In this document: positions 11,048-19,081 of the stretch, piece by piece
How positions within the stretch are numbered: the stretch's first letter is position 1
How the letters are laid out: every line of letters begins with the position of its first letter
Assembly (NCBI GenBank): GCA_964247515.1
Contig: CAXTVL010000002.1
Span: forward strand, 1-27,752
Direction of reading: 5' to 3'
Length of the DNA stretch: 27,752 nucleotides
From: an uncultured Acetobacteraceae bacterium
Lineage (GTDB): Bacteria; Pseudomonadota; Alphaproteobacteria; Acetobacterales; Acetobacteraceae
Position numbers and translations under genes: made by a program
The notes under the pieces: model-generated
Databases searched by the model: none
What the model was told of the DNA's origin: nothing
Seen by the model: only the letters and a program-made list of their open reading frames with translations

Positions 11048-11072
11048 AACGATGCCGGGCCGCCGACGTTCC
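11048..11072 (-). promoter_or_regulatory. EcfG (sigmaT/RpoE2)-type general stress response promoter for the pao-like operon
   Basis: Minus strand GGAAC-gtcggcggcccggcat(16)-CGTT, an exact match to the alphaproteobacterial GSR consensus GGAAC-N16/17-CGTT, about 50 nt upstream of ATG 10999. Confidence 0.7.
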
Positions 11073-11097
11073 CCGCTATATGGGATTGCGACCGGAT

Positions 11098-11114
11098 ACG
11101 GCATCGTTCTTGCT
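11098..11114 (+). promoter_or_regulatory. Putative sigma54 (-24/-12) promoter for the Tau-like ABC operon
   Basis: ACGGCATCGTTCTTGCT versus YTGGCACGRNNNTTGCW; GG (11100-01) and GC (11112-13) at the correct spacing. Confidence 0.5.
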
Positions 11115-11128
11115 GCGACGCATTGCAA

Positions 11129-11905
11129 ATGATCCGCCGTCCCAGCTCCGACACCCTCCTGTCCCTGCTCTCCGTGGCGGGGTTCTTCGCGGCCTGGTAT
11201 GTCGTGACCGCGATCCCTTTGGTGCCGGTCAACCTGTTGCCGCCATTGAGCCAGGTTGCCGCCGCCTTCGTCGACGTGGTGCGTCACGGCTACCGCGGCA
11301 CCAGTCTCGGGCAGGACATCGGCGCCACGCTCGGGCGCTGCCTCGCGGGGTTCGCGCTGGCGACGCTGCTCGGCGTGCCGCTCGGGGTATGGATGGGCCG
11401 CAGCCGGCGCTGTGCCGCGGCGGTGGACTTCATCATCCAGTTCATGCGGCCGCTGCCGCCGCTGTCCTACCTCATCCTGCTGATCCTGTGGCTCGGCACC
11501 GGCGACGCGTCGAAAGTGGCCCTGCTGTTCCTGGCGGCGTTGCCCACCATCGTCAGCGCCGCCACCTCTGGCGTACGTTTGGTCAACCAGCAGCGCATCC
11601 AGGCAGCGCTGGCGTGCGGCGCCGACGAGCGGCAGGTGTTCCGCTACGTGGTGCTGCCGTCGGCGCTGCCGATGATCCTGACCGGGCTGCGCATCTCGCT
11701 GGCCGGCACGTTCTCGACCGTGGTCGCGGCGGAACTGTTGGCCGCCAGCGACGGGCTGGGCTGGATGGTGTTCTCGGCCAGCCAGTTCCTGCGCACCGAC
11801 ATCGTGATGATGGGCATCCTGATCCTGGGCGCACTCGGCATGGCGCTGAACTGGGGCCTGCTCGCGCTCGACACGAGGCTGGTGCATTGGCGCGGGCGGG
11901 CCTGA
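11129..11905 (+). CDS. ABC transporter permease, TauC/SsuC/NitT family (258 aa)
   Basis: LLPPLSQV, LGVPLGVWMG, RPLPPLSY, WLGTGDASKV, EAA-like QAALACGA, VVLPSALPMILTGLR, VAAELL. Confidence 0.9.
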   Translation: MIRRPSSDTLLSLLSVAGFFAAWYVVTAIPLVPVNLLPPLSQVAAAFVDVVRHGYRGTSLGQDIGATLGRCLAGFALATLLGVPLGVWMGRSRRCAAAVDFIIQFMRPLPPLSYLILLILWLGTGDASKVALLFLAALPTIVSAATSGVRLVNQQRIQAALACGADERQVFRYVVLPSALPMILTGLRISLAGTFSTVVAAELLAASDGLGWMVFSASQFLRTDIVMMGILILGALGMALNWGLLALDTRLVHWRGRA

Positions 11906-12705
11906 TGCGGCGCCGCTTGCCGCCCTGGAGCTGGCCGCCCGGGAGCTGGCCGCCCTGGAGCTGGACCGTCGTCAGCGCCTTCGTGCTCCTGGCCACTTGG
12001 CTCGCGCTGACCTGGGGCGGCTTGGTGCGCGACCTGTTCCTGCCGCCGCCCGGCGAGCTGTGGGACGGTCTGGTCGACCTGATCGACAACGGCTACGGCG
12101 GCGAGCCGCTCTGGACCCACATCGCCGTGAGTCTCGAGCGGGTGTTGGTGGGCTTCGTCACCGGCGCGGTGGCGGGCACGCTGATCGGCCTCGCGATGGG
12201 CACCTGGCACCGGGTCAACGCCGTGCTGATGCCGTTCGTCGAGTTCCTGCGGCCGCTGCCGCAACTCGCGTACTTGATGTTGCTGATCGTCTGGTTCGGC
12301 ATCGGCGAAGGCTCGAAGATCATCCTGCTGTTCCTCGCAGCCCTCCCGGTCGCGGCGGTCGCGGCGCGTGACGGGGTGCGCAACCTGCCGCTGGCGCGGC
12401 TGCAGGTGGCGCGCTCGCTGGGTGCCTCGGACTGGCAGATCTTCCGCCACGTGGTCTTCCCCTCGGCGCTGCCGGAAATCTTCACCGGCGCCAGGCTGTC
12501 GATCGGCATCGTCTACGGCACGCTGATCGCGGCCGAGATCATCGCGGGCCACGATGGCCTGGGCTGGATGATCCTCGATGCCGGACGGTTCCTGCGGTCG
12601 GACTACGTGTTCGTGGGCATCGCCATGATCGGCGCGATGGGCCTGGCGCTGAATGGACTGTTGGTGGCGCTGGAGAACAGGTTTATCCACTGGGCTGGAA
12701 AGTGA
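11905..12705 (+). CDS. Second ABC transporter permease, TauC/SsuC/NitT family (266 aa)
   Basis: TGATG overlap; FLPPPGEL, RPLPQLAY, WFGIGEGSKI, ARSLGAS, VVFPSALPEIFTGAR, IAAEII. Confidence 0.9.
   Translation: MRRRLPPWSWPPGSWPPWSWTVVSAFVLLATWLALTWGGLVRDLFLPPPGELWDGLVDLIDNGYGGEPLWTHIAVSLERVLVGFVTGAVAGTLIGLAMGTWHRVNAVLMPFVEFLRPLPQLAYLMLLIVWFGIGEGSKIILLFLAALPVAAVAARDGVRNLPLARLQVARSLGASDWQIFRHVVFPSALPEIFTGARLSIGIVYGTLIAAEIIAGHDGLGWMILDAGRFLRSDYVFVGIAMIGAMGLALNGLLVALENRFIHWAGK
11920..11964 (+). repeat. Three tandem 15-bp repeats in the permease N-terminus
   Basis: ccgccctggagctgg / ccgcccgggagctgg / ccgccctggagctgg encoding PPWSW-PPGSW-PPWSW. Confidence 0.95.
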
Positions 12706-12736
12706 TTTACGGCAATCCCACGAGGAGGATCGGCTT

Positions 12737-13762
12737 ATGATCGACCCGACCAGCCGACGGACCCTGTTGCGCACCGGCCTGGCGCTCGGCGCCGCACCGC
12801 TGCTGCCCCGACGGGCGCGCGCCGCGACGCCCGGGCGCATCAACATCGCCTTCTTCGTCGGCGCCAGCCCGACCATGATCGCCAAGGGCGATGGCTGGAT
12901 CGAGGACATGACGCACGCGAAGGTGAACTGGGTCGAGGTCGGCTCCGGGGCCGAGATCAACACCGCGGTCGCCGCCGGCAGCGTCGACATCGGCATCGGC
13001 ATCGGCTCCTCGCCCACCGCCGCCGGCATCGCGCAGGAGATCGGCTACGAGGTCGTCGCCATGCTCGACAACATCGGCCCGGCCGAGGAGATGACGGTGC
13101 GCAAGGCCGCCGGCATCCACACGCCAGCCGACTTCAGGGGCAAGCGGATCGCCACGCCGTTCGGCTCCACCTCGCATTTCCGCACCATGGGCTTTCTCAA
13201 GACAAACGGCATGACCCAGCGCGACGTGACGCTGCTCGACATGCGGCCCGACGCCATCGTCGCCGCCTGGCAGCGCGGCGACATCGACGCGGCGTATGTG
13301 TGGAGCCCCGCCAAGTCGAAGGTGCTCGACGCCGGCGGCGAGGTGTTCCGCACCTATGATGCGTTGGAGAAGGCCGGCTACGTGATCGCCGACGTGATGG
13401 TGGCCCGAACCGCCTTCGCCCGCGCCTACCCGGACGCGGTGGTGGCGATCCTGAAGGCGTCCGACCGCTCGCTCGCGATGTGGCACGACAAGCCCGACGA
13501 GGCCGCCGCGATCATCGGCAAGCAGGCCGGCATCAGCACCGAGACGGCGCGCGGCGACCTGCTGCAATACGATTTCGTGCCGCCCCGCGAGCAGCTCAAG
13601 TCGCAATGGCTCGGGCCGCCGGGACAGGCCGGGCATTTCGCCGAGGTGCTGCAAGGCACCGCGAAGTTCCTGGTGGCCCAGCGCAGCATCCGCGCGGCGC
13701 CCTCGCTCGAGGCCTACCGGCGCGCGATCAACACAGCGCCGTTGGCGCAGGCGCTGGCCTGA
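12737..13762 (+). CDS. TauA-like ABC substrate-binding protein with Tat signal (341 aa)
   Basis: GAGGAGG RBS; SRRTLL twin-arginine motif and ARA cleavage; GSVDIGIGIGSSP, GKRIATPFGSTSHF, GDIDAAYVWSPA resemble TauA. Confidence 0.85.
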   Translation: MIDPTSRRTLLRTGLALGAAPLLPRRARAATPGRINIAFFVGASPTMIAKGDGWIEDMTHAKVNWVEVGSGAEINTAVAAGSVDIGIGIGSSPTAAGIAQEIGYEVVAMLDNIGPAEEMTVRKAAGIHTPADFRGKRIATPFGSTSHFRTMGFLKTNGMTQRDVTLLDMRPDAIVAAWQRGDIDAAYVWSPAKSKVLDAGGEVFRTYDALEKAGYVIADVMVARTAFARAYPDAVVAILKASDRSLAMWHDKPDEAAAIIGKQAGISTETARGDLLQYDFVPPREQLKSQWLGPPGQAGHFAEVLQGTAKFLVAQRSIRAAPSLEAYRRAINTAPLAQALA

Positions 13763-13763
13763 C

Positions 13764-14567
13764 ATGCCCGACGACCGCGCCGGCGTCGCGGCGGACGCGG
13801 CGCTGGTCCGGTTCGATGGGCTGGGCGTGGTCTACGACGCCGGGGCCGAGCAGGTGGTGGCGCTGTCCGGCGCCTCGCTGGAGTTCGCTGCCGGGGACTT
13901 CGTCTGCCTGGTCGGGCCGTCCGGCTGCGGCAAGACGACGTTGCTGCAAACCCTGGCAGGGTTCCTCGTGCCGACCCAGGGCTCGGTCACGGTCGAGCGC
14001 CGGCCCGTGACTGGGCCAGGGGCCGACCGTGGCGTGGTGTTCCAGCAGCCGGCATTGTTCCCCTGGCTCAGCGTCGCGGCCAACGCCGGCTTCGGCCCGA
14101 TGGTGCGCGGGCAGGGCCGTGCCGCGCGGGCCGAGATCGTCGAGCGCTATCTGCGCATGGTCGGACTGTGGGAGTTCCGCGACCGCTACCCGTACCAGCT
14201 CTCGGGCGGGATGCAGCAGCGCCTCGCGATCGTGCGCGCGTTGGCAAACGGGCCGAAGATCCTGCTGATGGACGAGCCGTTCGGCGCGCTCGACGCGCTG
14301 ACCCGCGAGAAGATGCAGGAGGAGCTGCACCTGATCTGGCGCCGCACCGGGATGACCGTGCTGTTCATCACCCACAGCGTCGAGGAGGCGGTCTATCTCG
14401 GCACCGAGGTGGTGGTGATGTCGCCGCGTCCCGGTCGCATCATCGAGCGGATCGCGGCGCCGTTCGCGCGGCGCGGCGGCGAGCGCGACAGCCGGGCCAT
14501 CAAGTCGCTGCCCGAGTTCGTCGCCATGCGCGAACAGGTGCTGTCGCTGATCTGGCAAAACGGGTAA
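13764..14567 (+). CDS. ABC ATP-binding protein, TauB/SsuB family (267 aa)
   Basis: Walker A GPSGCGKTT, VVFQQPALFPWL, YPYQLSGGMQQR, LLMDEPFGALD, ITHSVEEA. Confidence 0.95.
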   Translation: MPDDRAGVAADAALVRFDGLGVVYDAGAEQVVALSGASLEFAAGDFVCLVGPSGCGKTTLLQTLAGFLVPTQGSVTVERRPVTGPGADRGVVFQQPALFPWLSVAANAGFGPMVRGQGRAARAEIVERYLRMVGLWEFRDRYPYQLSGGMQQRLAIVRALANGPKILLMDEPFGALDALTREKMQEELHLIWRRTGMTVLFITHSVEEAVYLGTEVVVMSPRPGRIIERIAAPFARRGGERDSRAIKSLPEFVAMREQVLSLIWQNG

Positions 14568-14595
14568 TCGCGGGGGGCAAGCGGAGCGCCGCGAC

Positions 14596-15927
14596 GTGAC
14601 TGTACAATTGACGACACAACAAGCCGGCGTCGATCGCGCGGCATTGCGCGTGGTGCTGCTGTCCAGCCTGGGCGGCGCGCTGGAGTTCTACGACTTCGTC
14701 GTGTTCGGCGTTTTCAACGCCTTCATCTCCGCCGCGTTCTTCCCGTCCGGCGACCCGGTGAGTTCGCAACTCAGCGGGTTGGCGTTGTTCGGGGCCGGCT
14801 ACCTGGCGCGACCGCTGGGCGGCCTGCTGTTCGGCCGGCGTGGCGACCACAGCGGGCGGCGCGGCAGCTTCATGCTCTCGCTGGGCCTGATGTCGGCGGC
14901 GACTGCCGCGATGGGCCTGGTCCCGTCCTACGCCACCGGCGGTGTCGCCTGCACGGCGCTGTTCGTGGCGCTTCGGCTGCTGCAAGGATTTTGCCTCGGC
15001 GGTGAGCTGCCGGGGGCCATCACCTACGCGGTCGAGGTGGTGCCGCGCCGGCACGCGACCCTGGCCTGCGGCGTGGTGTTCGGCTGCGTCAGCAGCGGCG
15101 TGGTGCTGGCGGCCGGGGTCGCGGCGGCGCTGAATGCCACGATGGATGGCCCCAGCCTGGCAGGCTGGGGATGGCGGGTCGCCTTCCTGATCGGAGGCCT
15201 GCTGGGCGGCGTGAGCTGGCTGTTGCGCCGCTCGCTCGAGGAAAGCCCGGCGTTCCTGCGCATGAAGGCGCGACTGGCGGCAGACGCGGCAGCCCGGGGG
15301 CCGCTGCGCGAATTGCTCGCCCGCCATCGCGGCCGGCTGCTGGCCGGCATCGCGGCGACCGGGATCGTGACCACGTTCAATGGATTGCTGTTCGCGCACA
15401 TGGCCGGGTACCTCGCCGGACTGCATTATCCTCGTCCCGCGATCTCCACGAGCCTGACCATCGCCAGTGCCGTGACGTCGGTCACGTTGGTCGCGGCGAC
15501 CTGGGTGGGCGACCGCTGGACGCCGCTCGGCGTCTACCGCATCGGATGCGTCGTGCTCGGCTGCGCCGCTGTCCCGGCCTACAGCGTCCTCGCGGCGCAC
15601 GCGATGCCGCTGTTCCAGGTGTTCTTCCTGATCGGCTTGTCGGCGTGCTTCACCCACGGCACCTTCGCGCTGTTGCTGGCCGATCTGTTCCCGACGCGGA
15701 TACGGTTCTCGGGGGTAGCGCTGTCGATGAACCTCGGTGCCGTGGTGTTCACCGCACTGAGTCCGCTGCTGGCGGCGACCCTGATCGTCTGGACCGGCTG
15801 GCTGGCGGTGCCAGCAGTGCTGATCACAGCGACCGCGCTGCTGGCGTTGGCCGGGACGTTTTATCTCCCGAGATTGAGTGGACAGCTCGACGAGGCCACG
15901 GCCGACGCGTTCGTGGCGGCCGAATAG
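14596..15927 (+). CDS. MFS transporter, metabolite:H+ symporter (ProP/CitA-like) family (443 aa)
   Basis: GGALEFYDF, RPLGGLLFGRRGD..GRR, LRLLQGFCLGGELPGA, WGWRVAFLIGG, LEESPAF, DLFPTRIRFSG; GTG start. Confidence 0.9.
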   Translation: MTVQLTTQQAGVDRAALRVVLLSSLGGALEFYDFVVFGVFNAFISAAFFPSGDPVSSQLSGLALFGAGYLARPLGGLLFGRRGDHSGRRGSFMLSLGLMSAATAAMGLVPSYATGGVACTALFVALRLLQGFCLGGELPGAITYAVEVVPRRHATLACGVVFGCVSSGVVLAAGVAAALNATMDGPSLAGWGWRVAFLIGGLLGGVSWLLRRSLEESPAFLRMKARLAADAAARGPLRELLARHRGRLLAGIAATGIVTTFNGLLFAHMAGYLAGLHYPRPAISTSLTIASAVTSVTLVAATWVGDRWTPLGVYRIGCVVLGCAAVPAYSVLAAHAMPLFQVFFLIGLSACFTHGTFALLLADLFPTRIRFSGVALSMNLGAVVFTALSPLLAATLIVWTGWLAVPAVLITATALLALAGTFYLPRLSGQLDEATADAFVAAE

Positions 15928-15973
15928 CAAACGTTGCTGCGCGGACTGGTCGGCTTTGGTTGGGCAGCTCCGG

Positions 15974-16834
15974 TCAGGCCGGAATCCGGCGGCCGAGAAA
16001 ATCCAGCATGGCCGCGGCGATCTCGCGGCTGTGCGTCTCCAGGGCGAAATGGCTGGTGTCGTAGAACCTGATTTCCGCGTCGGGGATGTCGCGGCGGAAC
16101 GCCTCGGCGCCCGGAGGCAGGAAGTAGATGTCGTTCTTGCCCCACACCGCCAGCAGCGGCGGCTTGTGGGCGCGGAAATATGCCTGCCAAGCCGGGTAGA
16201 GCGCCACGTTGGTGCGATAGTCGTAGATCAGGTCGAGCTGGATCTCATCGGTGCCGGGGCGCTCGAAATAGGCGCTGTCGAGCGTATAGCCGTCCGGCGA
16301 GACGAGTGCGGCGTCGGCACCGGTCAGATATTGGGTGCGGATCGCCTCCGGCGTCAGCGCCGCCCGGCAGGCGTCGCGCGCGGCCGCGGAACCATCCTGC
16401 CAATAGGCTTGGTAGGGTGCCCAAGCGGTGCTGAGGCCCTCCTGGTAGGCGTTGCCGTTCTGGGTGACGATGGCGGTCACGCGCTCGGGGTGGGCCGCGG
16501 CCAGGCGGAAGCCGGTCGGCGCGCCGTAGTCGAATACATAGATGGCATAGCGGCGCAGGCCGAGCGCGTCGGTGAAGCGGTCCAGCGTCTTGGCCAGGTT
16601 GTCGAAAGTGTAGTCGAACTGGCTGCGCGGCGGCGCCACGCTCAGGCCGAAGCCCGGCAGGTCCGGGGCGATCACCCGATAGCGGGCGGCGAGCAGCGGG
16701 ATCAAATCCCGGAACATGTGGCTGGTCGTCGGATAGCCGTGCAGCAGCAGGATCACCGGCGCGTCGGCCGGGCCAGCCTCGCGGTAGAAGACCTCGACGG
16801 GGCCGACGGCCTGGGTCTTGTAGACGGTGCTCAT
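15974..16834 (-). CDS. Alpha/beta fold hydrolase, Asp-nucleophile epoxide hydrolase/haloalkane dehalogenase-like (286 aa)
   Basis: LLLHGYP oxyanion motif, APDLPGFG, nucleophile elbow VFDYGAP, VWGKND, HFALETH. Confidence 0.88.
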   Translation of the reverse strand: MSTVYKTQAVGPVEVFYREAGPADAPVILLLHGYPTTSHMFRDLIPLLAARYRVIAPDLPGFGLSVAPPRSQFDYTFDNLAKTLDRFTDALGLRRYAIYVFDYGAPTGFRLAAAHPERVTAIVTQNGNAYQEGLSTAWAPYQAYWQDGSAAARDACRAALTPEAIRTQYLTGADAALVSPDGYTLDSAYFERPGTDEIQLDLIYDYRTNVALYPAWQAYFRAHKPPLLAVWGKNDIYFLPPGAEAFRRDIPDAEIRFYDTSHFALETHSREIAAAMLDFLGRRIPA

Positions 16835-16976
16835 GGCGGGAAATCCTTCCATTGCGGTCCTGGTTTCGGGTGCGTCAGCGCCGTCAATGCCCGGAGCGAT
16901 GCCAGCAGTTGTGGTCGAGACGAACCTGGCTTGCGCTCGCGGCCGTCAGAATGGACGCCGCATCGGCGACGCAGGG

Positions 16977-17005
16977 TAAATAACTACCGACCGGTCGGAT
17001 GTAAA
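16977..17005 (-). promoter_or_regulatory. sigma70-like promoter (TTTACA-N17-TATTTA) with a palindromic TetR-type operator CCGACCGGTCGG (16987-16998) in its spacer
   Basis: Perfect 12-bp palindrome between -35-like and -10-like hexamers, in the gap between the hydrolase and the divergent TetR. Confidence 0.65.
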
Positions 17006-17062
17006 GTGGCCGCCAAGGCGCCATTTCGGTTCCTGGCAAGCAGCCGAGCGATCGGCTTGGAG

Positions 17063-17632
17063 ATGGGCGTGAAAGTGTCGCAGCGGGACATCGTGGTGGC
17101 GGCGAGGGAGTTGTTCCGAACCGAGGGCTATGCCGGCGCCTCGATGCAGGTCCTGGCCGATCGTGTCGGGTTGCGGAAAGCCAGCCTGTACAGCCGCTTC
17201 CCCGACAAGGAGGCGCTGGTCGGCGAGGTGCTGAAGCTGACCTTCGATGAGATATGCGCCGCCGTGGATGGGGCTGACGCTTGGCCGGCGGCGTATGAGG
17301 CGTTGCTGCGGGCGTTGAGTGACGTGTTGATGGATCGCGGCCGCTGCGTCGCTCTGCACCTCGCCTACGGCACTTCGGCCGATACGCCGCGGGCGTCGGC
17401 AGCGGTGCGTGGGTTCTTCGTCTCCTGCCGCCGCCGTCTTGCCGACACGCTGTCCGCCGTCACCTCGCCCGAGGAAGCCGATCGGATCGCGGTCGACGCC
17501 CTGTCAAGGATCGAGGGCGCCACGCTTTGGCTCGCTATCGACGGCGACCCCACCGCGATGCAACGCGCCCTGGAGCAGTTGCGCGCGGAGGCCGACCGGC
17601 TCCGCGAACACTCCCAGACTCCTCCCCGGTGA
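17063..17632 (+). CDS. TetR/AcrR family transcriptional regulator (189 aa)
   Basis: IVVAARELFRTEGYAGASMQVLADRVGLRKASLYSRFPDKEALV helix-turn-helix; GGAG immediately upstream of ATG. Confidence 0.92.
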   Translation: MGVKVSQRDIVVAARELFRTEGYAGASMQVLADRVGLRKASLYSRFPDKEALVGEVLKLTFDEICAAVDGADAWPAAYEALLRALSDVLMDRGRCVALHLAYGTSADTPRASAAVRGFFVSCRRRLADTLSAVTSPEEADRIAVDALSRIEGATLWLAIDGDPTAMQRALEQLRAEADRLREHSQTPPR

Positions 17633-17643
17633 TCTCCCAAATG

Positions 17644-17666
17644 GTGGCGGGCAGCCGGCCCGCCAC
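17644..17666 (+). terminator. GC-rich hairpin after tetR (no U tract)
   Basis: gtggcgggc-agccg-gcccgccac: perfect 9-bp stem, 5-nt loop, 11 nt after the stop. Confidence 0.4.
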
Positions 17667-17791
17667 GTCGTCACGTCCGGCGGTTTCGCTCACCGACCAG
17701 AAACGTCGCGGTTGTTCCCGGCCTGGCCAGAAAGACGTGTCGCGTTCGTGACCGAGCGCGCGCGACCGGTTGGGTCGGCTAGGATGGCGCG

Positions 17792-19069
17792 ATGCAGCCG
17801 CTCGTCACGCCGCCAGTAGCACCGCCGCCGTCCAGCCTGCTGCGGCGGCTCGGTCCCGGCCTCATCACCGGCGCCGCCGACGACGACCCGAGCGGCATCG
17901 CCACCTACAGTCAGGTCGGCGCGCAGTTCGGCTACGGCCTGGCGTGGACGATGCTGTTCAGCCTGCCGTTCATGATCGTGATCCAGGAGGTCAGCAGCCG
18001 CATCGGCTGCGTCACCGGGCGCGGCATCGCCGACAACCTGCGCCGCCACTACCCGCGCTGGCTGCTGCGCGCGGTCGTGCTGCTGTTGCTGTCGGCCAAC
18101 GTCATCAACCTCGGCGCCGATTTGGGTGCCATGGGGGCGGCGGCGCGGCTGCTGCTGGGCGGCAGTGCCCGGCTCTACACCGTGGCGTTCGGCGTGCTTT
18201 GCGTCTTGGCCGAGATATTCGTCCGCTACGCGACTTACTCCGGATTGCTGAAATGGCTGACAGTCTCGCTGTTCGCCTACGTCGCCGTCGTGTTCGCGGT
18301 TCATGTGCCGTGGAACCGTGCGCTGCTCGCGACCCTCGTGCCTCGCCTTGCGTTCGACCCTGGGCAGGCGACGGCGCTCGTGGCGGTGCTCGGCACCACG
18401 ATCAGCCCGTACCTGTTCTTCTGGCAGTCGTCACTGGAAGTCGAGAACCTGCGTCGCCTCGGCGCCCGCCCGCTGGCCCTGACTCCACGCCTGGCGCCGC
18501 CGCAATTCGCCCGCATCCGCACCGACACCGTGTTCGGCATGGCGGTGTCGAACCTGGTCGCGATCTTCATCATCTACGCCACCGCGGCGACGCTGCACGC
18601 CAGCGGGGTCACGGACATCCAGACCTCGTCGCAGGCGGCGGAGGCGCTCCGCCCGATCGCCGGCGACTTCACCTTCGCCGTGTTCGCGCTTGGAATCGTC
18701 GGCACTGGGCTGCTTGCGGTCCCGGTGCTGGCCGGCTCCGGCGCCTATGCGCTGTCGGAGGCGTTCCGCTGGCGCGAGGGCCTCGACCGGCGGCTGCTGC
18801 AGGCGCGGTGGTTCTACGCCACCATCGCCGTCTCCACCCTGGCCGGTGTCGCGCTGAACTTCACCGCCCTCGACCCAGTGAAGGCGCTGTATTGGAGTGC
18901 CGTGCTCAACGGGCTGCTGGCGGCGCCGGTGATGGCGTCGATCATGCTCGTGGCCGGCAACGGGCGCATCATGGGACGGCTCACGCTGCCGCTGCCGATG
19001 CTGGTCGGTGGCTGGCTTGCGACCTTCGTCATGCTGGCCGCCAGCATCGGCTTCTTCGCGCTGCCGTGA
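17792..19069 (+). CDS. Nramp-related divalent metal transporter (425 aa)
   Basis: LGPGLITGAADDDPSGIATYSQVGA (TM1), ANVINLGADL, GTTISPYLFFWQS (TM6), multiple TM helices. Confidence 0.87.
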   Translation: MQPLVTPPVAPPPSSLLRRLGPGLITGAADDDPSGIATYSQVGAQFGYGLAWTMLFSLPFMIVIQEVSSRIGCVTGRGIADNLRRHYPRWLLRAVVLLLLSANVINLGADLGAMGAAARLLLGGSARLYTVAFGVLCVLAEIFVRYATYSGLLKWLTVSLFAYVAVVFAVHVPWNRALLATLVPRLAFDPGQATALVAVLGTTISPYLFFWQSSLEVENLRRLGARPLALTPRLAPPQFARIRTDTVFGMAVSNLVAIFIIYATAATLHASGVTDIQTSSQAAEALRPIAGDFTFAVFALGIVGTGLLAVPVLAGSGAYALSEAFRWREGLDRRLLQARWFYATIAVSTLAGVALNFTALDPVKALYWSAVLNGLLAAPVMASIMLVAGNGRIMGRLTLPLPMLVGGWLATFVMLAASIGFFALP

Positions 19070-19081
19070 GTCAACCCAATT

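Noticed and set aside
17633-17791. Metal-sensing riboswitch (yybP-ykoY or M-box) before the Nramp-like gene
   Set aside because: I could not recognise the conserved motifs; only a simple hairpin is visible. An Rfam/Infernal scan would settle it.
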